Notes under the pieces: generated by a model | Database searches by the model: none | Told to the model about the DNA's origin: nothing | The model's input: only the letters and a program-made list of their open reading frames with translations | Shown: positions 42,308-53,320 of the stretch, piece after piece | Layout of the letters: every line of letters starts with the position of its first letter | Position numbering within the stretch: position 1 is the first letter of the stretch | NCBI GenBank assembly: GCA_963700635.1 | Contig: CAVOYH010000003.1 | Coordinates: forward strand, 1,632,001 to 1,696,000 | DNA: 64,000 nt | DNA from: an uncultured Bacteroidota bacterium | GTDB taxonomy: Bacteria; Bacteroidota; Ignavibacteria; UBA10030; UBA6906 | Direction of reading: 5' to 3' | Program-made: the position numbers and the translations under genes

Positions 42308-44668
42308 TTAGCACTTGGACCAACCGCAGTTATAGCAGACCACACAACCACTTACGTGCTCCACGGTGCTTCCGCACTCTGGGCAGGTCGATACAGAGAT
42401 CGTGACAGGAGTCCGGGGTGGTCCAGCGGCGGTGCCGTCCGCCGGTTTTGCGGGTGAAGACGGGGCCCGTGAGGCCAGGATCTCCTCGCGTTCATCCAGA
42501 TATCGTTCGAGCACCTTTCCGATCGCGTCGGGCGTGGAGAGGATCTGTCCTCCCTGACCGTCCCAGACCGCCGTCGGACCGGAGATACCTTTCAGTTGCT
42601 TGATCAGCTCCCGGGGCTCGATGCCCGATCGAAGGGCAAGGGAAATCAGCCGGCTGATCGCTTCTGATTGTGCGGCGGCGTTCCCTCCGGCTTTGCCGAT
42701 GGTGGTGAAGACCTCGCACAGTCCGTTCTCGTCTTCATTGATCGTCACGTACAGATACCCTTCACCCGTCTTGACCCGTTCGGTGACGCCATGGGTCCGA
42801 TTGGGACGCTGCCGCGGGCCCTTCTGATGCCATCCCTCTGTCTTCGCCGGTTCCGGAGAGGGCTGCTTGCGGGCATATTCTTCTGTCTGAAGGATTCCCT
42901 CGCGACTTCCCTCGCGGTACACCGTAATTCCTTTGAGCCCCGCTTTGTATGCAGTCATATAGATGTCTGCAACCGTTTCGGCAGTCACGTGTTCGGCCAG
43001 ATTGACGGTGGAGGAGATGCTGCTATCTACGTACTTCTGGATGGCACCCTGCATCTTCACCCGGAAATACGGATCGATGTCGTGTGCGGTGACCACAAAG
43101 TCGGGCAGATGGGTATCGTCACCGAACAGTCGTTTCACGAGGGGGTGATAGACCTTGTATTCCGTGAACGTCTCCCCGTCGTGGTTCTTGACCCTCCTGC
43201 GGTAGCTGGTACAGAAGACCGGTTCGATGCCGGAGCTGGTCTGGGCAACGATGGAGCCGGTGCCGACCGGGGGAACGGTCAGGACTGTGCTGTTCCGGAT
43301 CCCGTACTTGCGGATGTCGGCCTGGATGTCGGCCGGGAGCGTCTGGACGAACTTGCTCCGGGAATACCCTTCCCACTCGAAGAGGGGAAACGGGCCTTTT
43401 TCGCGCGCGAGGGCAATTGAGGTCCGGTACGCCTCATCCCGGATGGTGCGCATGATACGTTCGGTTTCATCCAGCGCCTCCTGGGAATCATACCGGATCT
43501 TCATCAGCACGAGCGCATCGGCCAGCCCCGTGATGCCCAGTCCGATTCTCCGATCCGACGCGACCGCTTTGCGGATCTTCTCCAGCGCGTGGTTGTTCAT
43601 GTTGTAGTCGATGATATCGTCCATGAACCGTGTTGCGATCTGGGTGATTTCGGCGAGGCGTGTGTAGTCGAATCGCGCTTCCGCATCGACGAACCGGCTC
43701 AGGTTGATATTGCCGAGATTGCAGGCGGTGTACGATGCGAGGGGTTGTTCGCCGCAGGGGTTGGTGCTGGTGAGGGGATTTGCATATTCCACGTTGTGGA
43801 AGTCCCGCATGGTGTCCCAGAAAATGATGCCCGGCTCTGCGGATGCGTGGGCATTCTTGATGATCTTGAACCAGAGTTCGCGGGCATTCACCGAGCGGTA
43901 GGTCTTCCCACCCCATCGGAGATCGAACGACCGGTCGTGGGTAACCGCATCCATGAATTCATGGGTGATCAGCACGCTGATGTTGGCATACTGGACTTTG
44001 GCGCGGCGGGCATCGTTTTTGATGGTGATGAAGTGCTCGATGTCAGGGTGGTCGATGCGCATGGTCAGCATCAACGCGCCGCGGCGGCCTGCCTGGGAAA
44101 CCGTGTTCGTGCTTTCGCTGAACAGATTCATGAATGCGGTCGCACCGGGGGAGTGATCGATCGTGGCATTGACCTGAGCGCCTTCGGGGCGGAGCCGTGA
44201 AAGATCAGTGCCTACGCCGCCTCCCGTTCTGTACACCATGGCAGATTCGCTTAAGCACCGGTAGATACCTTCGAGACTGTCTTCTTCAATCGGGATGACG
44301 TAGCAATTGGAGAGGGTGGGGCGGCGGCGGGCGTCTTCCCGGCCCGCGCCATGCATCACGCGGCCTCCCGGCACGAATGCAAAATCGAAGAGGATTTCAA
44401 GGAAACGTCTCTGCCACTGGTCACGATTCACCGTTTCAACCGATGCAACGGCGCGCGCGATTCGATCCCACATGTGCATCGGTCCCTGCTCGTTCGGCGC
44501 AAGGTACTTCGACCGTAGCACGTCTGCAGCCAGCTCGTTATCACCATAGTAATCCCGGCAGTCGAGTGCCAGGTCCATGATGGTCTCATTCATGGGAATG
44601 GCCGGCGCGGGCGGTACGGTGGAACGTGTATCAAGAGCTGTGGTGGCAGGGGGTTCCTTGCGGGCCAT
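42308..44668 (-). CDS. nrdJ: Class II (adenosylcobalamin-dependent) ribonucleotide reductase with C-terminal TSCPD and zinc-ribbon region
   Basis: TLSNCYV, GGGVG, RRGALM, TNPCGEQPL..CNLG, RRIGLG; CPECG...CYNCGWSKC; SD GGAAGGAG before ATG 44668. Confidence 0.93.
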   Translation of the reverse strand: MARKEPPATTALDTRSTVPPAPAIPMNETIMDLALDCRDYYGDNELAADVLRSKYLAPNEQGPMHMWDRIARAVASVETVNRDQWQRRFLEILFDFAFVPGGRVMHGAGREDARRRPTLSNCYVIPIEEDSLEGIYRCLSESAMVYRTGGGVGTDLSRLRPEGAQVNATIDHSPGATAFMNLFSESTNTVSQAGRRGALMLTMRIDHPDIEHFITIKNDARRAKVQYANISVLITHEFMDAVTHDRSFDLRWGGKTYRSVNARELWFKIIKNAHASAEPGIIFWDTMRDFHNVEYANPLTSTNPCGEQPLASYTACNLGNINLSRFVDAEARFDYTRLAEITQIATRFMDDIIDYNMNNHALEKIRKAVASDRRIGLGITGLADALVLMKIRYDSQEALDETERIMRTIRDEAYRTSIALAREKGPFPLFEWEGYSRSKFVQTLPADIQADIRKYGIRNSTVLTVPPVGTGSIVAQTSSGIEPVFCTSYRRRVKNHDGETFTEYKVYHPLVKRLFGDDTHLPDFVVTAHDIDPYFRVKMQGAIQKYVDSSISSTVNLAEHVTAETVADIYMTAYKAGLKGITVYREGSREGILQTEEYARKQPSPEPAKTEGWHQKGPRQRPNRTHGVTERVKTGEGYLYVTINEDENGLCEVFTTIGKAGGNAAAQSEAISRLISLALRSGIEPRELIKQLKGISGPTAVWDGQGGQILSTPDAIGKVLERYLDEREEILASRAPSSPAKPADGTAAGPPRTPVTISVSTCPECGSTVEHVSGCVVCYNCGWSKC

Positions 44669-44966
44669 GAATGCTCCTTCCATAACAAACGATATCGGAG
44701 ATCTGAAAAACAGCAAGCACGCATCCCCAACCCTCTCACACCCCGAGGGGGGTCAGCGTGCATACTATTGCGGGACAGAGGAATTCGCTGAGGTGCAGCC
44801 GGAGAGGGGGGATTGTACTTCGCTCTGGTGTCCTACAGGCATTTTTTCGGTAAAACCAGGCAATCCCGGTCCTCGGCGATTGTGGAATGCTGAATCCCAA
44901 TGAACGGCAACGACTTCCAGCCTTTACTTCCTGCGTTTATCGAGATAAACGAGGGTCACGGCGGAA

Positions 44967-44995
44967 AATATACGATGTTGTGATAGAGAAGTCAA
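44967..44995 (-). promoter_or_regulatory. sigma70-type promoter of nrdJ
   Basis: Minus strand TTGACT-N17-TATATT. Confidence 0.7.
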
Positions 44996-45086
44996 GACTA
45001 ATTTCTTTCGAAACGATTCTTTTTCCATTTTTTCTTGCCTGAGGCTATATGAATCCATGCCTGTGCAGAAGTTGTCTCTTCCATTG

Positions 45087-45115
45087 TTGCATTTGACCTC
45101 GGCCGGCGGTATTTT
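45087..45115 (+). promoter_or_regulatory. sigma70-type promoter of the acyl-CoA ligase gene
   Basis: TTGCAT-N17-TATTTT. Confidence 0.5.
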
Positions 45116-45158
45116 CACTTGCTACCCATCCCCCTCCACAGAAGCAGGAACCCTCCCC

Positions 45159-46976
45159 ATGGCCGTCGCCGTCGCATTCTCGACTATTCCGGAGATGTTT
45201 CAGCGTTTGACTGAAAAATTCTCCCAGGATTCCCGACCAGTTCTCATGTTCAAGTCCGAAGGGACGTACAAAGGCATCTCCTACGTCGATCTTCGCACGA
45301 AAGTCGAACTTTTTGCATTCGGTCTGGCTGCGTTGGGGGTGAAACGGGGCGACCGCGTCGCCATCATCTCCGAGAATCGTCCTGAATGGGTCATCAGTGA
45401 TCAGGCTATAGTGGCGCTCGGGGCGGTGGACGTTCCATTGTATCCCACGATGACTGCCAAGCAATTCGAATACGTCTTCAACGATGCGGGCGTGAAGGTT
45501 GCTATCGTGTCGAACCAGTTCCAGCTGAATAAGGTCATGCGCATCTATCCGGATGTCAAGAGCCTGGAGAAAGTCATACTGATGGCCGAGAAGGGCCCGA
45601 TCCCGGAACCGGATACCCTGTCGTTTTCTGCCGTGACGGAGATGGGTGAAAAGGCACGGCAGGAAGACCCTGATCTTCTCAAAACCTGTCTCCGCATGGT
45701 GAAGCCCGAAGATCTCCTCACGCTCATCTATACGTCGGGGACGACCGGAAATCCCAAGGGGGTCATGCTGACGCACAACAATCTTGTAACCAATGTTATC
45801 AGTTCCGCGATCGTTATCGAGTTCGGTCCGTCAGACACGCTGCTCTCGTTTCTCCCTTTGAGCCACAGCTTTGAGCGGATGGCCGGGTACTACACGGCAT
45901 TGGCATGCGGGGCGACGATCGCGTATGCGGAGAGCGTGGAGACCGTCCGGGACAACATGCTGGAGGTCCGGCCGACGATCGTGACGACTGTTCCCCGCCT
46001 GTTCGAGAGGATCTACAGCCGTATCATGAAACAGGTGGATGCCGGCCCGCCGCTCCGCAGGAAGATCTTTCAGTGGGCCGTGACTGTGGGTCATGCCCAT
46101 GCCCAGGCAGCGAAAACCGGCTCCGTGACCATGGCGCTGCGCACACAGCGTGCCCTCGCAGACCGTCTGGTATTCGGCAAGATCCGCACCCGAACGGGGG
46201 GACGCATGCGGTTTTTTGTCAGCGGCGGCGCAGCCCTCGGCCGGGAATTCGGAGAGTTCTTCGAGGCCGTGGGGCTCAAGATTATCGAAGGATACGGCCT
46301 GACGGAAAGCTCGCCGGTCATTTCCGTCAACCGGCTGAACAACTACAAATTCGGCGCGGTGGGGCATCCCATCCCGGGGGTGGAGGTCCGGACCGCACAC
46401 GACGACGAAATCCTCGCGCGTGGCCCGAATATCATGAAAGGCTACTGGAATAACGAAGAAGCCACGAAACAGGCCATCGATGCGGAAGGATGGTTGCACA
46501 CGGGTGACATCGGCATCATCGATGCGGAGGGGTTCATCCATATCACCGACAGGAAAAAGCACCTGTTCGTGAGCTCCGGAGGGAAGAATATTGCTCCGCA
46601 GCCTATTGAGAACCTCTTCCTCTCCAACAAGTACATCGAGCAGTTTATGCTCATCGGTGACCGCCGCATGTTCCTTACAGCCCTCATCGTCCCGGATTTT
46701 GACGCGCTCAAGGAGTACGCGGACGCACGCAACATCGAATACGGATCGACGGCTGACCTGGTCAAGGTTCCCGAGGTCAATGACCTGATCGACAAGGAAA
46801 TCGCGAAGATCCAGCGCGATCTGGCAAACTATGAACGGGTCCGGAGATTTACGCTCCTGGAGAAGCAGTTCTCGATAGAAGAGGGGGAGCTGACGCCAAC
46901 CCAGAAAGTCCGCCGCAAGATCATCGAAGAGCGATATTCCAACCTCATCGACAGCATGTATGAGGGGATCAGCTGA
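45159..46976 (+). CDS. Long-chain fatty-acid-CoA ligase (AMP-dependent synthetase)
   Basis: IYTSGTTGNPKG; EGYGLTE; WLHTGDIG; DRKK...GKNIAPQ; LTPTQK. Confidence 0.93.
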   Translation: MAVAVAFSTIPEMFQRLTEKFSQDSRPVLMFKSEGTYKGISYVDLRTKVELFAFGLAALGVKRGDRVAIISENRPEWVISDQAIVALGAVDVPLYPTMTAKQFEYVFNDAGVKVAIVSNQFQLNKVMRIYPDVKSLEKVILMAEKGPIPEPDTLSFSAVTEMGEKARQEDPDLLKTCLRMVKPEDLLTLIYTSGTTGNPKGVMLTHNNLVTNVISSAIVIEFGPSDTLLSFLPLSHSFERMAGYYTALACGATIAYAESVETVRDNMLEVRPTIVTTVPRLFERIYSRIMKQVDAGPPLRRKIFQWAVTVGHAHAQAAKTGSVTMALRTQRALADRLVFGKIRTRTGGRMRFFVSGGAALGREFGEFFEAVGLKIIEGYGLTESSPVISVNRLNNYKFGAVGHPIPGVEVRTAHDDEILARGPNIMKGYWNNEEATKQAIDAEGWLHTGDIGIIDAEGFIHITDRKKHLFVSSGGKNIAPQPIENLFLSNKYIEQFMLIGDRRMFLTALIVPDFDALKEYADARNIEYGSTADLVKVPEVNDLIDKEIAKIQRDLANYERVRRFTLLEKQFSIEEGELTPTQKVRRKIIEERYSNLIDSMYEGIS

Positions 46977-46992
46977 GAAAAGGGCCAATTTG

Positions 46993-47021
46993 TTGACATT
47001 CAGGGCCCATTTGAGTACATT
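46993..47021 (+). promoter_or_regulatory. sigma70-type promoter of the nuo operon
   Basis: TTGACA-N17-TACATT. Confidence 0.7.
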
Positions 47022-47077
47022 ACACCCCTGAGGTAAAACTTTCCTCCCCCGTTGGTGTTATTACGACAAGAGGCGGC

Positions 47078-47434
47078 ATGATAGAGCAGTACATTCCCAT
47101 CGCCTTGATGATTCTGATCGGTGTCGTTGCCGGGCTCGTCTTCACCAACATCAACCGCTGGCTGGGTCCGCGCAAACCGAGCGAGGAAAAGCTCTCGACA
47201 TATGAAAGCGGCATGGAACCGGTCCGGACCGCGCGCGAACGGTTTTCGGTGAAGTTCTATCTGGTGGCGATGTTGTTCATCGTCTTTGATATCGAGATCG
47301 TTTTCATGTACCCGTGGGCGGTGGTGTTCCGGCGCCTCGACCCCGCTGGCATCGTGGGGATGGCTTTTTTCCTCCTTATACTTGTGATCGGTCTGGTGTA
47401 CGAATGGCGCAAAGGCGGGATGGACTGGAAGTGA
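47078..47434 (+). CDS. nuoA: NADH-quinone oxidoreductase subunit A
   Basis: YESGM; FYLVAMLFIVFDIEIVFMYPWA; YEWRKG. Confidence 0.96.
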   Translation: MIEQYIPIALMILIGVVAGLVFTNINRWLGPRKPSEEKLSTYESGMEPVRTARERFSVKFYLVAMLFIVFDIEIVFMYPWAVVFRRLDPAGIVGMAFFLLILVIGLVYEWRKGGMDWK

Positions 47435-47518
47435 CGAAGACATGATTGAGGATAGACGCTTGGAGCGTAAGAATTGCATGGAGTGTGATGCGTACGGGTA
47501 TGAGAGGAGCGATGGGTG

Positions 47519-48037
47519 ATGGGTCTTGATCAGTTGCAGGGTGACGGGTTTCTGACGACCCGCCTCGATGAAGTGATCGGATGGGCGCGCAAGAATTCCC
47601 TCTGGCCGATGCCGATGGGGATCTCATGCTGCGCCATTGAAATGATGGCAACGGCTTCTCCACGCTTCGACATTTCACGGTTCGGGTCTGAAGTGATGCG
47701 CTTCACCCCCCGCCAGTGCGACGTCATGATTGTAGCGGGAACGGTGACCTACAAGATGTCCAGGGTCGTTCGCAAGATTTACGACCAGATGCCCGACCCC
47801 AAATGGGTCATTTCCATGGGTGCCTGTGCGTCGTCCGGCGGGATGTTCCGTTCCTATTCCGTCGTCCAGGGCATTGACCAGTTCATGCCCGTCGATGTAT
47901 TTGTGGCCGGGTGTCCACCCCGACCGGAGGCTCTTCTGCACGCGCTGATCGAGCTTCAGAAGAAGATTCAGGCGGACCACAGCGGCGGGCGGGCCGTGCG
48001 CAGTGCACCACTCACCATTCCGGAACCGGTGTCATGA
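47519..48037 (+). CDS. nuoB: NADH-quinone oxidoreductase subunit B
   Basis: SCCAIEMM; PRQCD; MGACASSGG; GCPPRPE. Confidence 0.97.
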   Translation: MGLDQLQGDGFLTTRLDEVIGWARKNSLWPMPMGISCCAIEMMATASPRFDISRFGSEVMRFTPRQCDVMIVAGTVTYKMSRVVRKIYDQMPDPKWVISMGACASSGGMFRSYSVVQGIDQFMPVDVFVAGCPPRPEALLHALIELQKKIQADHSGGRAVRSAPLTIPEPVS

Positions 48038-48516
48038 CGCAGGAGTTGCTCGACCGGATCACCGCGGTCTGTTCACCCCACATTCGTTCTTCCACGGAGT
48101 TCCGCGGAGAGCTGACGCTCCTCGTGAATGCCCCCGATATCGTGCGGGTCTGCGAGATCCTGAAATCCGATCCCCATCTCGGGTTTGATCTTCTTGTCGA
48201 TATTACGGCGGTCGACTACTACCGGCCCACGAACCGCTTTGAAGTTGTGTATCACCTCTATGCAATCGGTCTCAAGCAGTATCTCCGCCTGAAGGTGCAG
48301 GTGGACGAGGAGCATCCGGTTGTGTCAACGGTGACGGGTGTCTGGCCCGCAGCCAACTGGCACGAGCGGGAGACGTTTGACATGTTCGGAATCCGGTTTG
48401 AGGGTCACCCCGACCTCCGCCGGCTCTACATGCCGGAAGAATTTGAGTACCATCCTCTGCGCAAGGATTTCCCGCTGATAGGGATTCCCGACTCGCTCCC
48501 CCTTCCCCGGAGGTAG
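48034..48516 (+). CDS. nuoC: NADH-quinone oxidoreductase subunit C
   Basis: ITAVDY; [23 protein letters not shown]; HPLRKDFPL. Confidence 0.96.
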   Translation: MTQELLDRITAVCSPHIRSSTEFRGELTLLVNAPDIVRVCEILKSDPHLGFDLLVDITAVDYYRPTNRFEVVYHLYAIGLKQYLRLKVQVDEEHPVVSTVTGVWPAANWHERETFDMFGIRFEGHPDLRRLYMPEEFEYHPLRKDFPLIGIPDSLPLPRR

Positions 48517-48557
48517 GGGGAGCGCATCTGTTCCACCACGTTCATCGGAATTCGTTC

Positions 48558-49814
48558 GTGCCATCAAAGACCACAGACGACACACGGCGCAGCCAGATTC
48601 TGGCAGCTCTTGAGGACCAGGACACATCGGTGTCCCTCGAAGACCCGCTGCAGAACACCATGATCCTGAACATGGGTCCCCAGCACCCTGCCACACATGG
48701 TGTGCTCCGGCTGCTCATCAAGCTTGACGGTGAGACCGTTCTTGCGGCTGTTCCGGAACTCGGCTACCTCCACCGCGGATACGAGAAGATTGCGGAAGCG
48801 AGCACGTATCACGAGTTCATTCCGCACACGGACCGGCTTGACTATCTCTCCCCCATTTCCAATAACGTCGGATATGTCCTGGCGGTCGAAAAGCTCGCCG
48901 GTATTGATGTGCCACGGCGCGCTCAGTTCATCCGTGTTCTGGTCTGCGAAATGGCCCGGGTTGCGTCCCACCTTGTTGCCGTCGGCAGCATGGCAATGGA
49001 TGTGGGCGCTCTGACCGTGCTGCTCTGGACATTCCGGGAACGGGAGAAGCTGCTGGACATTTATGACGTTCTGTGCGGAGCGCGGTTTACAACCAGTTAT
49101 ACGCGAATCGGCGGGCTCCAGCAGGACTGGACGCCACAGTGCACCGCAATGCTGACGAGTTTTCTGGACGAGTTTGAGCGTGACCTGGCCGATGTCGGTT
49201 CCCTCCTCCGTACAAACAGAATCTTCATCGATCGGTGTGAGAACGTCGGGTATCTCTCCCGGGAGCAGGCCATCGCCTGGGGTGTGACGGGTCCTTTGCT
49301 TCGGGCGGCGGGTGTTCCACGCGACCTCCGCAGGGACGTGCCGTATCTGGTGTACCCGGAGCTGGAGTTCGACGTGGTGACGCTGACGGAAAGTGACGCC
49401 CTTGCGCGCTTTTACGTCCGTATGGCGGAAATGCGCGAGAGCACTCACCTGTTACGCCAGGCGCTCGACAAACTCCCCGACGGTCCGTACAATGCTTTCG
49501 AGACAAAACGTGTGCTCCCGAAAAAGGAACGCACCTATACCAAGATGGAGGAGTTGATCCACGATTTCATGCTCATCAATCTCGGGATCGACCCACCCAT
49601 CGGTGAAGTGTATCACGCCATAGAGTCTTCCAAAGGAGAACTGGGGTTCTATATTGTCTCCGACGGTACCGGCCATCCATGGCGGATGAAAATACGCTCC
49701 CCATCAACCTGCAACCTCTCCGCGCTTCCTCTCATGCTCAAAGGAGGTATGATCTCGGATATCGTGGCGGTGATCGGCAGTCTGGATCCGGTCATGGGGG
49801 AAGCGGATAAATAA
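48558..49814 (+). CDS. nuoD: NADH-quinone oxidoreductase subunit D
   Basis: LNMGPQHPATHGVLRL; GYLHRG.EK; DRLDY; SLDPVMGEADK. Confidence 0.97.
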   Translation: MPSKTTDDTRRSQILAALEDQDTSVSLEDPLQNTMILNMGPQHPATHGVLRLLIKLDGETVLAAVPELGYLHRGYEKIAEASTYHEFIPHTDRLDYLSPISNNVGYVLAVEKLAGIDVPRRAQFIRVLVCEMARVASHLVAVGSMAMDVGALTVLLWTFREREKLLDIYDVLCGARFTTSYTRIGGLQQDWTPQCTAMLTSFLDEFERDLADVGSLLRTNRIFIDRCENVGYLSREQAIAWGVTGPLLRAAGVPRDLRRDVPYLVYPELEFDVVTLTESDALARFYVRMAEMRESTHLLRQALDKLPDGPYNAFETKRVLPKKERTYTKMEELIHDFMLINLGIDPPIGEVYHAIESSKGELGFYIVSDGTGHPWRMKIRSPSTCNLSALPLMLKGGMISDIVAVIGSLDPVMGEADK

Positions 49815-49843
49815 CAGGCCGGAACGAGCAGAGACCATTGACG

Positions 49844-50332
49844 ATGAAGAACGAACAACACCCCGCAGTCCTTTCCGAAAAGAGCCTGCAGAGGATCGAA
49901 GAACTTAAGAAACGCTACCCGCATCCCCAGGCAGTTGTTCTGGAAGCTCTCTGGATGTGGCAGGGGGAACACGGATGGATCTCGCAGGAGGGAATGCAGT
50001 ACGTTGCATCACTCCTCCAGATCCCCGAGCACCACGTGTATGGCGTTGTGACGTTTTATACGATGTTTAATCGCACACCGCAGGGGCGGCATAAGATTGA
50101 AGTGTGCACGAACGTCTCCTGCATGCTGCGCAACAGCGAGCGCATCCTCCGCCACCTCGAAGACCGCCTCCAGATCAAGACCGGGGAAACGACGCCGGAC
50201 CAGCGGTTTACGCTGGTCGAAGCAGAGTGCCTCGGATCCTGCGGCACGGCACCGGTGATTCAGGTGGGGGACCGCTATTACGAGAACCTCGACACGGACA
50301 AGCTCGATGGCCTCCTCAGGGAGCTGGAATAA
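49844..50332 (+). CDS. nuoE: NADH-quinone oxidoreductase subunit E
   Basis: VTFYTMF; VCTNVSC; ECLGSCGTAP. Confidence 0.95.
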   Translation: MKNEQHPAVLSEKSLQRIEELKKRYPHPQAVVLEALWMWQGEHGWISQEGMQYVASLLQIPEHHVYGVVTFYTMFNRTPQGRHKIEVCTNVSCMLRNSERILRHLEDRLQIKTGETTPDQRFTLVEAECLGSCGTAPVIQVGDRYYENLDTDKLDGLLRELE

Positions 50333-50333
50333 C

Positions 50334-51584
50334 ATGGACCCTGTGCTCCTTCCCGCGATTCCCGACTACCACACGATGAGCGTCTATGAGGCGCATGGTG
50401 GGTATGCGATGCTGCGCAAAGCCCTCGGCATGAAACCCGAAGAGGTAACCGATGAAGTGAAACGGTCCAATCTCCGCGGACGAGGCGGCGCCTGTTTTCC
50501 TACCGGGCTCAAATGGACCTTCATGCCGAGGGAGACGACCAAACCCAAGTATCTCTGCATCAACGGAGACGAAAGCGAACCCGGAACCTTCAAAGACCGC
50601 CAGATTTTTGAGCAGAACCCCCACCTGATGATCGAAGGTGCGATCATTGCCTGCTTCGCGATGGGTGTGGCGACCGCCTACCTCTATATCCGGGGCGAAT
50701 ACAAGCACTGGATCGATCTCGTCCAGATTGCGGTGGACGACGCCTACGCGCGCGGATACCTGGGAAAGAATATCCTGGGATCCGGTTTCAGCATGGACCT
50801 CTGGCTGCACCGCGGAGCAGGTGCGTACATCTGCGGGGAAGAATCTTCCCTCATGAATTCTCTCGAAGGGCACCGGGGGTACCCCCGCGTAAAACCTCCA
50901 TTTCCGGCACAGAACGGTCTCTGGGGATGCCCGACGACCATCAACAATGTGGAGACCATTGCCAACGTTCCGATCATCCTGCGTCTCGGAGCGGAGTCAT
51001 ATGGCAAGATCGGCGCTCCGAAACATCCCGGTCCCCTCCTCGTCGGGGTCAGCGGCCATGTCAACAAACCGGGTGTGTACGAGATGCCGACTGGTGTGCC
51101 TCTCCTGGATATCATCTATAATTATGCCGGCGGTATTCCGGGAAAGAAAGCCATCAAAGCTGTTATCCCCGGCGGATCGTCAACGATGATCCTCCGTGGC
51201 GATGCGTTGGACGGCGTGTGCATGGATATTGACAGCCTCAAAGCCGCCGGAAGCTCCGTGGGCACGGCGGGCCTGATAGTGATGGACGAAGACACGGACC
51301 TGATCAAGGTGATCACCCGCATCACCAGGTTCTATCATCACGAGTCATGCGGACAGTGCACGCCCTGCCGGGAAGGGACGGGATGGATGGAGAAGATTCT
51401 CAATCGATTTGTGGAGCACAACGCAACGGCGGCCGACATCGATCTGCTCCTCGATGTCGCCAACAACATTGAAGGGAACACCATCTGTGCTCTGGGAGAC
51501 GCAGCTGCCTGGCCGGTCCAGAGCATGATACGCCGGTTCCGGGACGAGTTTGAACGGTGTACGCTGCAACCGGAAACAGCGTGA
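50334..51584 (+). CDS. nuoF: NADH-quinone oxidoreductase subunit F
   Basis: LRGRGGA.FPTGLKW; [10 protein letters not shown]; [10 protein letters not shown]; [13 protein letters not shown]. Confidence 0.97.
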   Translation: MDPVLLPAIPDYHTMSVYEAHGGYAMLRKALGMKPEEVTDEVKRSNLRGRGGACFPTGLKWTFMPRETTKPKYLCINGDESEPGTFKDRQIFEQNPHLMIEGAIIACFAMGVATAYLYIRGEYKHWIDLVQIAVDDAYARGYLGKNILGSGFSMDLWLHRGAGAYICGEESSLMNSLEGHRGYPRVKPPFPAQNGLWGCPTTINNVETIANVPIILRLGAESYGKIGAPKHPGPLLVGVSGHVNKPGVYEMPTGVPLLDIIYNYAGGIPGKKAIKAVIPGGSSTMILRGDALDGVCMDIDSLKAAGSSVGTAGLIVMDEDTDLIKVITRITRFYHHESCGQCTPCREGTGWMEKILNRFVEHNATAADIDLLLDVANNIEGNTICALGDAAAWPVQSMIRRFRDEFERCTLQPETA

Positions 51585-52024
51585 AAATCCAGATTGCAAG
51601 GCTCTCGGAGAGTACACGGGATATCCCGCTTCCGTCGTACGCGACGGAAGGGTCGGCCGGCATGGATATCCGGGCAGCGGTCGATGACGAGATGATCGTC
51701 GGGCCCGGTGCCACGGTTCTGATCCCGACGGGATTCGCCATCGCCGTCCCCCCCGGATATGAAGCCCAGGTTCGCCCCCGCAGCGGACTCGCCATAAAGC
51801 ATCAGATAGGCGTCCTGAATTCTCCAGGCACCATCGATTCGGACTACCGGGGTGAGGTGCGGATTATCATCTCGAATTTTGGTGACGCTCCGTTTCCCGT
51901 TCGCCGGGGTGACCGGATCGCCCAGATGGTCATTGCGCCATACGTCCGGGCCGAATGGGAGGAACGTGGATCGCTGGATGCGACAGGGCGGGGGGCAGGT
52001 GGATTCGGCCATACGGGGAGGTGA
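51581..52024 (+). CDS. dut: dUTP diphosphatase
   Basis: GSAGMDI; RPRSGLA; [10 protein letters not shown]; [10 protein letters not shown]. Confidence 0.96.
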   Translation: MKIQIARLSESTRDIPLPSYATEGSAGMDIRAAVDDEMIVGPGATVLIPTGFAIAVPPGYEAQVRPRSGLAIKHQIGVLNSPGTIDSDYRGEVRIIISNFGDAPFPVRRGDRIAQMVIAPYVRAEWEERGSLDATGRGAGGFGHTGR

Positions 52025-52027
52025 GTG

Positions 52028-53320
52028 ATGCCACGTCGTCGATCAAATGCGCCTCGGTCGCCGGCCATACCGACTGAGCCAGCGCAGCCGGTCATGCCGT
52101 CTGTGCCGGTCACGTCGTCCGCGCCGGTCATGTCGTCCGCGCCGGAGTTTGTGATTGTTGTCCTCGGTATCTTTGCGCTTGCCGCCGTCGCGTTTACGAT
52201 CCAATCCGTCCTGTCGCCTTTTGTCGTCGGGGCTGTCGCCGTCCTGGTGCTTCTTCCCTTCCGTGAACGCCCGTACGTACGCCGGATCATCGCGCTGATC
52301 GTGCTGCTTGTAGCCTTCTGGGCATTCATTTCGCTGTTTTCGATTCTCCTCCCGTTTCTTTTCGCCTACGTGCTCGCATATCTGCTCGATCCGGTCACAA
52401 CCCGGCTCTCCCGGTACGGGATCCCACGCTGGATGGCAAGCCTTGTCATTGTGCTTTTGATGGTAGGGACGGTTGTCTCGCTGCTCATCTTTGTGCTGCC
52501 GGTCGTGGTTCAGCAGTTTGACGGTATCATCACGGGAGTCCGCTCACTGGTGGCGGAGGCGACTGCATGGCTCGAGTCCGGTTCAGTGCAGGAGACCCTG
52601 CAATCGTTCGGCATCCCCGCAGGAACAGTCCATGATACCCTTTCGAGCGGCGTGGTTCCACGGATGGAAGACATCCTCACGACACTGCTCACCAGCATCC
52701 TGGGACTCCTCAGCAGCATCACGTCGGTGGCCCTTCACGTGATCAATGCCGTCATCATCCCGTTCCTGGTATTCTACCTGCTGAAGGATTTCCCGGTGAT
52801 CAGTGACCGTTTTATCCGGTTTTTTCCCCGCGTCCACACACGGCGGGTCCGGATGATCGTGGGGAGGGTGGACGAGGTGCTGGGCCGCTATGTGCGCGGC
52901 GCTGTTCTCGTTGCAATCATTCAGGGTGTGATTTCCGCGACCGCTCTCTGGGCAATCGGCGTCCGCTATGCTCTTGTGCTGGGCATCATGACCGCGGTTC
53001 TCAATTTCATTCCGTATATCGGGCTCGTGACGAGTCTCCTGGTCGCATCCATCGTGGCTCTCGTGAGCGGGGGAGCTGTAGGAGTAAAGGTGTTCGCCGT
53101 CGTCCTCCTCTATCTGTCGCAGAAAGTCCTCGAGGCCAGCGTCCTCGCACCCAGGATCATAGGAGCGCAGGTCGGGTTACATCCCGTTGTCCTTATCCTC
53201 TGCCTCATGGTGTTCGGCTATTTCCTGGGCTTCATCGGTCTGCTGATAGCCGTGCCCGCCACGGCCCTGCTGTTGCTGGCCTGGGACCAGTGGGAGAGTC
53301 GGCGCGACGGGATTGCGTAA
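52028..53320 (+). CDS. AI-2E family transporter
   Basis: LAYLLDP; NFIPYIG; PRIIG..VGLHPV; GLLIAVP; multi-TM. Confidence 0.9.
   Translation: MPRRRSNAPRSPAIPTEPAQPVMPSVPVTSSAPVMSSAPEFVIVVLGIFALAAVAFTIQSVLSPFVVGAVAVLVLLPFRERPYVRRIIALIVLLVAFWAFISLFSILLPFLFAYVLAYLLDPVTTRLSRYGIPRWMASLVIVLLMVGTVVSLLIFVLPVVVQQFDGIITGVRSLVAEATAWLESGSVQETLQSFGIPAGTVHDTLSSGVVPRMEDILTTLLTSILGLLSSITSVALHVINAVIIPFLVFYLLKDFPVISDRFIRFFPRVHTRRVRMIVGRVDEVLGRYVRGAVLVAIIQGVISATALWAIGVRYALVLGIMTAVLNFIPYIGLVTSLLVASIVALVSGGAVGVKVFAVVLLYLSQKVLEASVLAPRIIGAQVGLHPVVLILCLMVFGYFLGFIGLLIAVPATALLLLAWDQWESRRDGIA
52087..52145 (+). repeat. 18-bp tandem repeat (~3.3 copies) in the AI-2E N-terminus
   Basis: GCCGGTCATGCCGTCTGT / GCCGGTCACGTCGTCCGC / GCCGGTCATGTCGTCCGC / GCCGG. 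Confidence 0.8.

Noticed and set aside
42308-44668. Intein or intron in nrdJ
   Set aside because: Length is normal, motifs are contiguous, and there are no splicing or LAGLIDADG signatures.
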